A stretch of 63,998 nt of DNA, filler included, from Octopus bimaculoides (Eukaryota), in the NCBI RefSeq assembly GCF_001194135.2. It is 8 parts of 7 records of this genome, joined end to end, with 100 filler letters (N's around TTAATTAATTAA, not from the genome) between each part and the next. Parts side by side here need not be neighbours in the genome. Positions count along the whole stretch, not along the records: positions 33,470 to 44,248 come from NC_068982.1; positions 44,349 to 60,442 come from NC_068982.1; 6 more parts are not named here. One strand, written 5' to 3'. The position numbers and the translations under genes were made by a program. The notes beneath the pieces were generated by a model. That model saw only the letters and a list, made by a program, of their open reading frames with translations. It had not been told where the DNA came from and searched no databases. Below, one piece after another: positions 36,445-46,932 of this stretch (position 1 is its first letter; every line of letters starts with the position of its first letter).

Positions 36445-37785
36445 TGAGCATAGCGATTTAGAAATATTTCGATTTCTGCGGCGAGCTGGCAGAAACGTTA
36501 GCACGCCGGGCGAAATGCTTAGCAATATTTCGTCTGCCGTTACGTTCTGAGTTCAAATTCCGCCGAGGTCGACTTTACCTTTCATTCTTTCGGGGTCGAT
36601 AAATTAAGTACCAGTTACGCACTGGGATCGTTACGCACTATCTGTCCTTGTTTGTCCCCTCTATGTTTAGCCCCTTGTGGGCAATAAAGAAATAAGAAAT
36701 ATTTCGATTTTTAAAAGTTATCAGATCTTTCGTCTACAAACTTTGTAAGGAGCTAGTGGCTGAAGATGGAAACGTCTCACCAGTATCAAAAAATTAGAAG
36801 CATGCTAAACGCTCTGAAATCATCAGAACACCTGAATTTATCCAGCAACTTCAACAGACCATTGATTACAATCCCAGAAAGTCCATGATGTCAATTGCAA
36901 AAGATCTCCATGTGTGACAAAGAACTGTCAGAGATGTTGTCCACGAAGACATCAAATGCAAGTCTTATATGATGAGGAGAGGTCAATTTATCAGAAAAAG
37001 TAAAAGCAGATCACTACACCCGATCTAAAAGGTTCTTAAACGAACTGAAAAATCCAGCAGAAGAAGATTTGATTTACTTTTTCTCAAACGAGAAATACTA
37101 CGACCAAGACCTAAAAGATAAGAGAAGAAATGACAGATGGTTATGTGCAGACCCTTCTGAAGTTTCAAGTGTTATGCATACAAAATTTCCTGCAACTGTC
37201 ATGGTTTTAGGGGTTGTCACCAATGAAGGACATGTGATGCCTCCTTACTTCTTTCCACAAGGCCTTAGAGTTAACTCTGTTGTTTACATCGAGGTCCTGG
37301 AAATAATTGTTAGGCCCTAGATAGACGGTGTATGCAATGGTAGGTCATATGTGTTTCCGTAAGACTCTGCACTATCACATGGCTCTACTAACACAGGAAT
37401 GGATGGCTGAAAATTTTCATGATCACATGACCTCTAAAATTTGGTCTCCTAATTCCCCAGATTTCAATCCATTGGACTATAACATATGGAACGTTGTTGA
37501 GAGCGAGATCAATGAACACGCCCATAATACCAAAAATTCTTTGAAAGTTGCCATAGTCAGGGGTATGTCCAAAATGAACCAGGACCACTTGATTCAAGCT
37601 TGTAGATGATTTAGATATCATATAGAAGCAGTTGTTGAAGTGGAATGTGGATTTATTGAATAACTTTATAGAAAAGAACGTTTATTTTTTATCTTCATAG
37701 CATTTTTTGATAAATAAAGTTATTATCCGTTATATATCTGTCTTCTTTTTATAAACATAAATCTGTCCTCAAATATCTTGCGCAC

Positions 37786-37789
<4 letters not shown>
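36445..37789 (+). mobile_element. DD37D (maT) Tc1/mariner transposon relic, interrupted by a SINE
   Basis: FFSNEK..RRNDRWLCADPSEV..HTKFPATVMVLGVVTNEG..WSPNSPDFNPLDYNIW..; 37 residues between the last two catalytic positions after correcting a frameshift; right end cttgcgcaccctg. Confidence 0.85.
36476..36694 (+). mobile_element. Family B SINE (tail type 3) with 16-bp target-site duplication
   Basis: TSD AGAAATATTTCGATTT at 36460-36475 and 36695-36710; B box gagttcaaattcc. Confidence 0.9.
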
Positions 37790-37875
<86 letters not shown>

Positions 37876-38480
37876 TGTGTTTGTGTGTGTGTGTGTCATC
37901 TAGTTAATATGGTAACTTTGATTAATCCATATTCTAGCTATATTGAGGAGAAATAAACGTTATTGAAGGATGTTTAGCTCAACTACAGAAAAGCAACTTT
38001 GACAATTCAAAATCCCTTCCACCAAGAGATTTTTATTTTTAAATATGTTCACATACTAGTCCCAATTTATTAAAACTGAAAACAGTTCATGGGGTGCCAG
38101 GAATGCTATTCTGATAACTGTCAAACGCGGTGACAGTTCTTGATTCATGTCGGTTTATTAGATGTCATCGACCTTGTGCAGATGTTAGAATTTGTAAGAC
38201 CTTAGCGAAAACTAATATTCCCGAATTTAGTTCGTTATCATAGAAACAGTTATATTAGGATGTTGCTGTCTTTCTCCGTCTCATCTCTTTTCAAGCACAT
38301 CTATGTCAAAGATCTTTCTGATATCATCCTATCTAAACCACAATATCTAAAATTATGTCATTCAATGAGCCTTTTAAGGTTGTAGAGAGTTATTTAATAA
38401 ACGTTTGCCTCTTATTTGTAGGAGGTGATTTTTCGAAACAATGGAAGGCTGAAAACGGTTCATTGTAATGTAATAACAGA

Positions 38481-39110
38481 TACTAGCGGAACCTGTGAAT
38501 ATTTTATGGAATTAATCGGGTTATTTCTGAAAACTGTGTTGTATCTGTATCAAAAGATAATTGCTCATCTGCTAATCATTGAAGCGTGAAGGAAGTTGGA
38601 ATACGATAATTACTTAATGCACTTTATATATACGCTTTATATACTTCATACACAATTTTATACACTTAATACACAATACTCTCCCTCTTTCTCACTCACT
38701 CTTCCCTTTACTCTCTTTCTCTCTCTCCTTTTTCTTTCGTTCTTCGCCTTTCCTTTCAACTAATCACGTGAGAGCGTTACAGACGGGCTAAGTAACGGAG
38801 AAGAAAATCTTAGTTAAAAAAATTACACATTTCATTCACCACCACACCTCCCTCCCCTTATCTCCCCTCTACATCTTCCTTACCCATCCTATCTCTTTCC
38901 CCCTCCCCACCCCCTTCCGTCCCTATCCACTCCCATCCCTATATCATGTCGCCTCTCCTCTACCCACCTTCAACTAATCACTACCATCAATCCCCTACCC
39001 CCTTCAACTAATCACGTGTAAGCGTTACGGACGGGCTAAGTAACGGAAAAACAAGCGACACACACACGCATACACACACATACCTGCATAGACAATCAGA
39101 CAAATATAGA
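38481..39110 (+). mobile_element. Possible Helitron/Helentron-associated non-autonomous element
   Basis: Starts ACTAGC; ~55-bp direct repeat ttcaactaatcacgtg..gcgttac.gacgggctaagtaacgg at about 38755 and 39003; ends in CA/CAGA repeats and atagacat. Confidence 0.4.
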
Positions 39111-39148
39111 CATCTCTCTCCCTCTCTGTCTGTCTGTCTGTCTATTTG

Positions 39149-39181
<33 letters not shown>

Positions 39182-39349
39182 TTACTTTCCATTAAAATAA
39201 AGCACCGTAAATGTAGAAGTAATACATTTGTATTGCAATATTTCATTTTTCATTGAAAACTTTTTCACTGTTCTCGTTCTGTTAACGGCAAAGCGTTCAG
39301 GTGAGTATACTGCCATTGATGTGGCAACATTTGAAATATTGTCTAGGCA

Positions 39350-39424
39350 AATGCAGCTGATGAGGACTAATCAAATTTACGTTGACAAAGGTATTTGAAG
39401 AGTCCGAAACCTAGGTCCTGCATT
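39350..39424 (+). ncRNA. Canonical type I hammerhead ribozyme
   Basis: Helix I AATGCAG 39350-39356/CTGCATT 39418-39424; CTGATGA 39357-39363; helix II GGAC(T)/(A)GTCC extended by TCAAAT/ATTTGA; GAAA 39406-39409; helix III in palindrome ACCTAGGT; GUC site 39415-39417. Confidence 0.9.
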
Positions 39425-39599
39425 ATTCGATTCTGGGTTGTCCACTTATCGAAAGTTCTTCTTAGAGGTAAGAGAAGTTTTTCATGTTTGTTGCACTCAC
39501 ACGCCTTTGCCAGTATACACGCAATGAAGCTTTACTATAGCGTCGTAAATGTATCGATTGCTATTTCCAGTAAATATTGGTGCCTTGTTGTACCACTAA

Positions 39600-39638
<39 letters not shown>

Positions 39639-40114
39639 GCATGCAGACACACACGCACGCACACACACGCACACACATATATATATATGTATATATAAAA
39701 GTATTAAGATGACTAGTCGCAAATTAAAGCCAAACGGGAAAATTTAATTGTCACTAGAAGTTATTAAGAAGCAGGTCTTCACCGGTATTGCAAGAAATGA
39801 GTCAAAGAACTGTTAGTCACGAACAGAGTATAGTTTCTATTCATTGACAAGGGAGACAACCTCCAACATCAAGTGAGATCGCCATATCGGCCAGTCGGCT
39901 TCGGATAGAATTAATCGTCATCGGTGAGGCTCCTGATAGATAGATAGATAGATAGATACATACATACATACTTACATACATACATACATGCATACGTACA
40001 AACGTACAAAGTTCGAGTGTGTATAAATGAGCGTAACGCAAACTGGAATTAGGAATTTTGTTCCGTTGAGGGTCGCTGTAAAGTCTTTAGATAATTTTCA
40101 AATTTTCTCTGCAA

Positions 40115-40261
40115 GCGTGGCTGTGTGGTAAGATTGCTTCCCAACCACATGATTCCGATATCAGTTCCACTGCTTGGTACCTTGGGCAAATATCTTCTGC
40201 TATAGCACCAGGCCGACCAAAGCCTTGTGAGTGGATTTGATAGAAAGAAACTGATAGTAGC

Positions 40262-40266
<5 letters not shown>
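40115..40266 (+). mobile_element. Family A SINE, 5' half
   Basis: gcgtggctgtgtggtaag..ggtaccttgggcaaatatcttc..gccgaccaaagccttgtgagtggatttg. Confidence 0.85.
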
Positions 40267-40358
<92 letters not shown>

Positions 40359-40395
40359 AAAAGTCAACGTAGAAAATGCTAAAATAATTTTATAT

Positions 40396-40487
40396 AAAAC
40401 ATTTCAGTACCGGTTTCACTCATTGAGACTTTTTCAACTTTACACGTGAAAAAGTCTCAATGACCGAAACCGGTACTGAAACGTTTT
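40396..40487. repeat. Inverted repeat, 41-bp arms with 10-nt loop
   Basis: 40396-40436 versus 40447-40487, 3 mismatches. Confidence 0.9.
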
Positions 40488-41425
40488 CTAAAATTAAAAT
40501 TAGTCTTCCATACTTACGTATGGAAAACAATTAAATTTCGGAAAAATTAAGTGAAAAGTTTTTATTCAAATACAAGAGAGTAATGAGATTTTGTACACTG
40601 TCGGTGATGGAACACATCGTATATTGCATAAATGCCAGCGCAATTCAGCCTCCTCATTAGAATCTGTGAAATAACACTCGTTCAGATATCCTGTGGTTTA
40701 GCTGTATTGAAATCAAAAGGAATAGATAAAGGAATAAATAAATGTAGAAACAACATTCTGTAACTGGCGATCATCTCAAAATCTAATTCTTATGAAAACG
40801 TATTTCTAACTCATAAAACGTTTTGTATATTATCATGCAATTCTGGAGATAGTTTTATTGCAATGCTAATTAAAAATGGAGGAACGAGAAATTTCTATGT
40901 GAATGCGGTATGTTTTGATGGTCGTAAACTGAGTAGGAGTAAACCCCGTTTCTGCTCCGAAAATATAAAAAAGGGAAATTTAACAACGTGCTACTAACAA
41001 GCAGTCAATATTATGTTGTACCAAATGACAGTAATTTGCGAATTTCATGCTACACTGTATGAATTACCATACAAAAGTGATGTGAAATCATGAAAATTAA
41101 ATTATTTATCGAACTGTCACAGGTTTCGAAAAACTCTTCAAGAAAAATAGCAAAAAGTTGAACTGCAACCGTATCAATACACAAGAGACATGTTATTTGT
41201 GCCTCTACTACAATTTTAAACAAAAGGAACGCTCCTCTTGCACAAACCTACTTTTTTTCTCACAAACCTCGAAACGGTTCCTCCAGATACATGATATATA
41301 ACAATACGATTGATTCAATCCGAATGCAATTTAAGACGTCATTTCTAAACCGCTGGTATGTGCAGGAGATACGAAAAAAAGAAGAAAAAAAATATCCTAC
41401 TGAATGGAGTTATCTTACACTGCCT

Positions 41426-41556
41426 CCCAACCACATTGTTCCAGGTTCAGTCCCACTGCGTGGTACCTTGGCTGAGTATCTTCTTACTAGTGCTCGGGCC
41501 GACCAAAACCTTGTGAGTAGATTTGGTAGACGGAAACTGAAAGAAGCCCGTCGTAT
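41426..41556 (+). mobile_element. Family A SINE, 5' portion
   Basis: ccaggttcagtcccactgcgtggtaccttgg..gacggaaactgaaagaagcccgtcg. Confidence 0.85.
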
Positions 41557-41585
41557 ACATACATACATACATACATACATACACC

Positions 41586-41619
<34 letters not shown>

Positions 41620-41685
41620 TATATGTATATATGTGTGTATATATATATATGTATACTTGTATACTTATATGTATATATAAATGTC

Positions 41686-41763
<78 letters not shown>

Positions 41764-41797
41764 TATATGTATATATAAATGTCTATATATATACACA

Positions 41798-42122
41798 CAC
41801 TCTTTTACTCTTTTACTTGTTTCAGTCATTTGATTGTGGCCATGCTGGAGCACCACCTTTAGTCGAGCAAATCGACTCCAGGACCTATTCTTAGTAAGCC
41901 TAGTACTTATTCTATCGGTCTCTTTTGCCGAACCGCTAGGTTACGGGGACGCAAGTAGAACAGCATCGGTTGTCAAGCCATGTTGGGTGGGGGGGACAAA
42001 CACAGACACACAAAAACATACACACACATACATATATATATACATATATACGACGGGCTTCATTCAGTTTCCGTCTACCAAATCCACTCGCAAGGCCAGA
42101 GGCTATAGTAGAAGACACTTGC
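41798..42122 (-). mobile_element. Family A SINE lacking head
   Basis: cttttactcttttacttgtttcagtcatt..ccgtctaccaaatccactc..gtagaagacacttg. Confidence 0.9.
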
Positions 42123-42167
42123 ACATACACGCACGCACACATACAGACACACACACACACACATACG

Positions 42168-42250
<83 letters not shown>

Positions 42251-42780
42251 ATCTATAAACTCTAACCTTTGTGTTAAACACTGACATATTTCATCGTACG
42301 ATTGATATGAAAAATTTTAAAAGTCTGTTGAAATTACCAGATTTATCCGTTTTCCTGCGGTGAGACAATCAGCGTCGAATATCGCTTAGACAAGATTGTT
42401 CAAGCGATAAACACAAACCAATTTTCGTAAACTATTATTCTATTTTAGCTCATCTTATGACATATGGACTCAAGCAAACGTATGTGGCGAAATTATCTAC
42501 TTTGTTTTCTGCAATCATTTAAATCTCTATTTGTTTCTTATGTTTAATGTACTTTAATTTTTCATAACATTAATTGTATATTTTTAGTGTTCATCTGGAC
42601 TACAACGAAATTAATCGTCTGCTCGAACATTTGAAAAATTTGACACGTCACTTGAAAGTTCATAAATTCTCAAGAGGCTGTCTCATGCTGGGAATAGATT
42701 ATGTTACATTTCCCAACACTGCTTTTGTAAAATTCACTTAAAGAATTTCTTTAAATAAAATGTCCTTCGTTGTTCTATTA

Positions 42781-42993
42781 TTCTTTTTACTCTAGGTACA
42801 AGGCACGAAATTTTGGGGGAGGAGACCAGTCGAGCAGATCGACACCAGTACACAACTGGTACTTAATGTATCAATGCAGAAAAGATGAAAGGCAAAGCCG
42901 ACATCCGTAGAATTTGAACCCTGAACGTAAAGTCATGAAATGCCGCTAAGCATTTCGCCCGGCGTGCTAACCTTTCTACCTGCTCGCTGCCTT
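42781..42993 (-). mobile_element. Family B SINE, full length (tail type 1)
   Basis: Head, B box, core and tail are all recognisable. Confidence 0.85.
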
Positions 42994-43390
42994 AGTGTTT
43001 GAGTTTGGTCAATTCAAATTCTACATGTCTCTTCTTTGTCTTTCACATGTAGCAGGTCTCAAAATCTAATGAAAACTTATTTCCTATAAATGATCATGTA
43101 AGACATTTAGTCGAAAGCCTAAGCTCGAATCAATTGTTTGTATTTATTTCTGAGAAATACCCTAGAGCGGAAAGAGATTAGATTCATTCGGGTAGATTTT
43201 TCGTATGAAGGTAATTAAATGTATTGTGTAGCTCATGTTGTGGCAAGAACATCGCACTACTTATTTATTTTCTAAAATATCAATTAATGTGTATAGAAAA
43301 ATCAAAGTTTTACTCTTTAGCCTACAGTGGAAATAGATTTCTAGATTAACTTTATCTTAGAAAGCGATCAGAAATTTTAATTATTTCCAG

Positions 43391-43627
43391 TTGTAGGATT
43401 AGGGTTAGACATACAGATATCGAGATTGCTGATGCCCTTTGCGTTGTAGATATTGAAAGAATGTACAAAGCAGAATGGAAATGTTTGGCACAAAATGCTG
43501 TTCGTTCTTATAGCAAACGATACAAATTTTATGTCTTCTCTATCTATTTTACCATCTTACAACTTATTTATATCGCATATATTTTTCTATTCGATTCTTG
43601 CAGTAATTTACGATATCTGTGTCAAAG
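43391..43627 (+). CDS. Candidate exon encoding the C-terminal half of an immunoglobulin (I-set-like) domain plus a hydrophobic segment
   Basis: Acceptor ttttaattatttccAG; frame gives LCVVDIERMYKAEWKCLAQN, fitting LxIxxVxxxDxGxYxCxAxN spacing; possible donor AG|GTAGTC at 43627. Confidence 0.4.
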
Positions 43628-44178
43628 GTAGTCAGTTTCTAATTTTCTATTAATATTTTCCGACTTTATATTCCCCACGGGAAAAACAATGTTTTCCTGG
43701 TAATATTGAAGCTTACAATAGCCACACTTAACTTTAGACTTGTCCTTTGCCTATATTCGATTTTAAACAAAAAGGAAAATCATTCTCAATACCAAGTGTC
43801 TCAAACAATGCTTTCATATTCAACAACAGAGATCCGTGAAGGATAAACTATTTGGAATTCTTACTATAAGGTTGGTTGTTTTAAAGTGAAAGTATCCCTT
43901 CTTTCAAGTTGTTTTGGTTTTTATTTAGAGACAAAATGGGAAACATTAAATAAATATGAGATAACAGATATTTGGTAATTATAATAAAACGGAAGAAATA
44001 AGAAATAGAAACGTATTATACCAAAATATGGTAAACTCCAGGTAGGAAAATGTGGCAAAAAATCACATGCTTCGATTCGGAATGTAAACATTTCAAACTA
44101 TTTCCTGTCTAGGCGTGGCGTTGATGAAAGAAGTTTGATTCTCAACCACATGGTTCCGGGTTCAATGCTTTCTATTAT

Positions 44179-44248
<70 letters not shown>

Positions 44249-45369
44249 NNNNNNNNNNNNNNNNNNNNNNNNNNNNNNNNNNNNNNNNNNNNTTAATTAA
44301 TTAANNNNNNNNNNNNNNNNNNNNNNNNNNNNNNNNNNNNNNNNNNNNAAGAAGAAGAAGAAGAAGAAGAAGAAGAAGAAGAAGAAGAAGAAGAAGAAGA
44401 AGAAGAAGAAGAAGAAGAAGAAGAAGAAGAAATATTAAGTGGATATTCAGATCGTTACCTTCCATATTTCATAGTTTCGTAAAAGAAGAAACGTATTTTT
44501 GTATGTTTATTGTCGTTTTTTTATTTTAGTTTTATCATGTGTATCTATCGTTACGTCTGTATTGTTTTTTGATAGTTTAACAGACTATATATCAGAACAA
44601 AATAAACCAACTGCACTGTAAAGAAATATCATTTGGTTGTATTATGTCTTGTAAATTTATTTCACCTTACCCAGAGCAGAGCAATGGTGCATAATATTAC
44701 CCGGAGGATAATGCCATGTCTGTGCTTGGATACGATGTTACTAAATCTATCTCACATCATGGAAACAATCTCTGTATCAATGTCATCATTCACGGTTTCT
44801 AATAATATTATACCAAACAAGAAAAGGAATATCAAAGTCAATGTCAGTTAGTAGCAATACGTCGTCGTCTTAATACCAATGGGTTACAGTGCTGTGCAAA
44901 AATGAAAGGCGACAGTGGTGCGTAGGTTGGTCCTTTGGAGTAATGTATAAAAGGGTTTTGTAAATGTGGTGTATAACAGAGGTTTGTAGGATCGGTGTTT
45001 TGTAGTGGTGTGTAAGACAGATGTATTAAAATGTCGAGACTGGCATGTAAGAGTAATGTATGTAGGAGTAGTGTATAAGAGTCTAATGATTTTTATGGAG
45101 GCTGGAATGCCGGGAATTTGGTCAAAATACACATGAGTCCAGGTTTGTGGTATTTTCTGACAAGGGTCGACTGTGGGTATGGAGTTTGATCAAAATACAT
45201 AGAAATTACTTTTAGGCTGTTCGAAGTTTGACTGGACATGTACTGATCAAGATTCTTGAGTCGGTGATGAATTTCAGAAAGGTTTGCCTATTTCCGAAAA
45301 GGATAATCCTTCCGTGTAATTATTAATTTAATACTTCTCATTGATGTAAAAGTGTAAAATGCTTTTTAT

Positions 45370-45499
<130 letters not shown>

Positions 45500-45506
45500 A
45501 GAGGGG

Positions 45507-45767
45507 TTATCAAAAGTAAAATGTAAAGCTTTGTATGAGCTTTGTTGTGTTAAGTAGTCGTTATCAGTTCAATAAAAATCATGATTTTCATTGAACTCTA
45601 CTTTTTGGAGTCCCGTTCTAATTACTTTCTTAAGTACTTTCTTGTAAACTGTTTCTAACATTTTCTTATTATTATCAAAGAATGTATTTCTGTTTTTTAA
45701 TACTTTTTGACAACCAGTACTTAACACAACAGAGCTCATACAAAGCTTTACATTTTACTTTTGACAA
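45507..45767. mobile_element. MITE-like element, ~260 bp with ~47-bp terminal inverted repeats
   Basis: tcaaaagtaaaatgtaaagctttgtatgagctttgttgtgttaagta (45510-45556) versus 45718-45764, 1 mismatch; no coding capacity. Confidence 0.75.
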
Positions 45768-45850
45768 TCTTTTTCTAAAATAGTGAAACCGGTCAAGTGA
45801 ATAAACATCTTTAAAATTGCATTTTCAAACCTTCCTTCATATATATATAT

Positions 45851-45898
<48 letters not shown>

Positions 45899-46775
45899 TT
45901 TAATAAACGCAGCATATATTTTTATGAGCTACTAATAGTTTCATGCGATGAAAACAACTCAGTATTGTGTAACGCATCTGATGACTTCACGCAAACCTCA
46001 GGCCATGCTTACATGGCATAACATGAATATATATAATCAAGGACGTGCTGCCGCATGACCACAGTCAAATGAGTGTAACAAGTAAAAGAATATATATATT
46101 CTTGTATTTCGGGATGGTCAGTTGTTTTTTTTTACCATCCCGCAAAGGGACTAGCATCTTCGTATCCAAGCACAAGGATGGTATTATCTTCCGGCTAACA
46201 TTATGCACCATTGCTCTACTCTGGCTGAAGTCACAGATGTTTGACGAAAGATTTCCGAATAATTGACATGAGTTAAAATAAGAACAATAATAAACGAGTG
46301 AAGAACAAATATATAGTGCGTTTGTTTNNNNNNNNNNNNNNNNNNNNNNNNNNNNNNNNNNNNNNNNNNNNNNNNNNNNNNNNNNNNNNNNNNNNNNNNN
46401 NNNNNNNNNNNNNNNNNNNNNNNNNNNNNNNNNNNNNNNNNNNNNNNNNNNNNNNNNNNNNNNNNNNNNNNNNNNNNNNNNNNNNNNNNNNNNNNNNNNN
46501 NNNNNNNNNNNNNNNNNNNNNNNNNNNNNNNNNNNNNNNNNNNNNNNNNNNNNNNNNNNNNNNNNNNNNNNNNNNNNNNNNNNNNNNNNNNNNNNNNNNN
46601 NNNNNNNNNNNNNNNNNNNNNNNNNNNNNNNNNNNNNNNNNNNNNNNNNNNNNNNNNNNNNNNNNNNNNNNNNNNNNNNNNNNNNNNNNNNNNNNNNNNN
46701 NNNNNNNNNNNNNNNNNNNNNNNNNNNNNNNNNNNNNATATGATTGACCGTTGACTGAACACTATTCAATTTTTT

Positions 46776-46932
46776 TTCTCCATGTTTTTCTCCTTGTCTC
46801 CGTATTCTTTCTGTTGAAGAGCGTAGCTCGAAACGTCAAAGACTTTCCGTATTCCCGAGCGTCATACTAATATATACTTTTGTTATTTACACCACCTGTC
46901 CTCGTCTGTTGTTATTATTTGTATATTCTCCC
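46776..46932 (+). mobile_element. Short ribozyme-bearing element (Penelope pLTR-like, inferred) ending at (TA)n
   Basis: Near-identical to 60258-60413. Confidence 0.75.
46806..46842 (+). ncRNA. Minimal type I hammerhead motif, A6U core variant
   Basis: TCTTT-CTGTTGA-A-GAGC(GTA)GCTC-GAA-ACGT-C-AAAGA. Confidence 0.7.

Noticed and set aside
36758-36786. gtggCTGAAGAtgGAAACGTCtcac hammerhead-like core
   Set aside because: No helix II, and it lies inside the maT transposase coding sequence; chance match.
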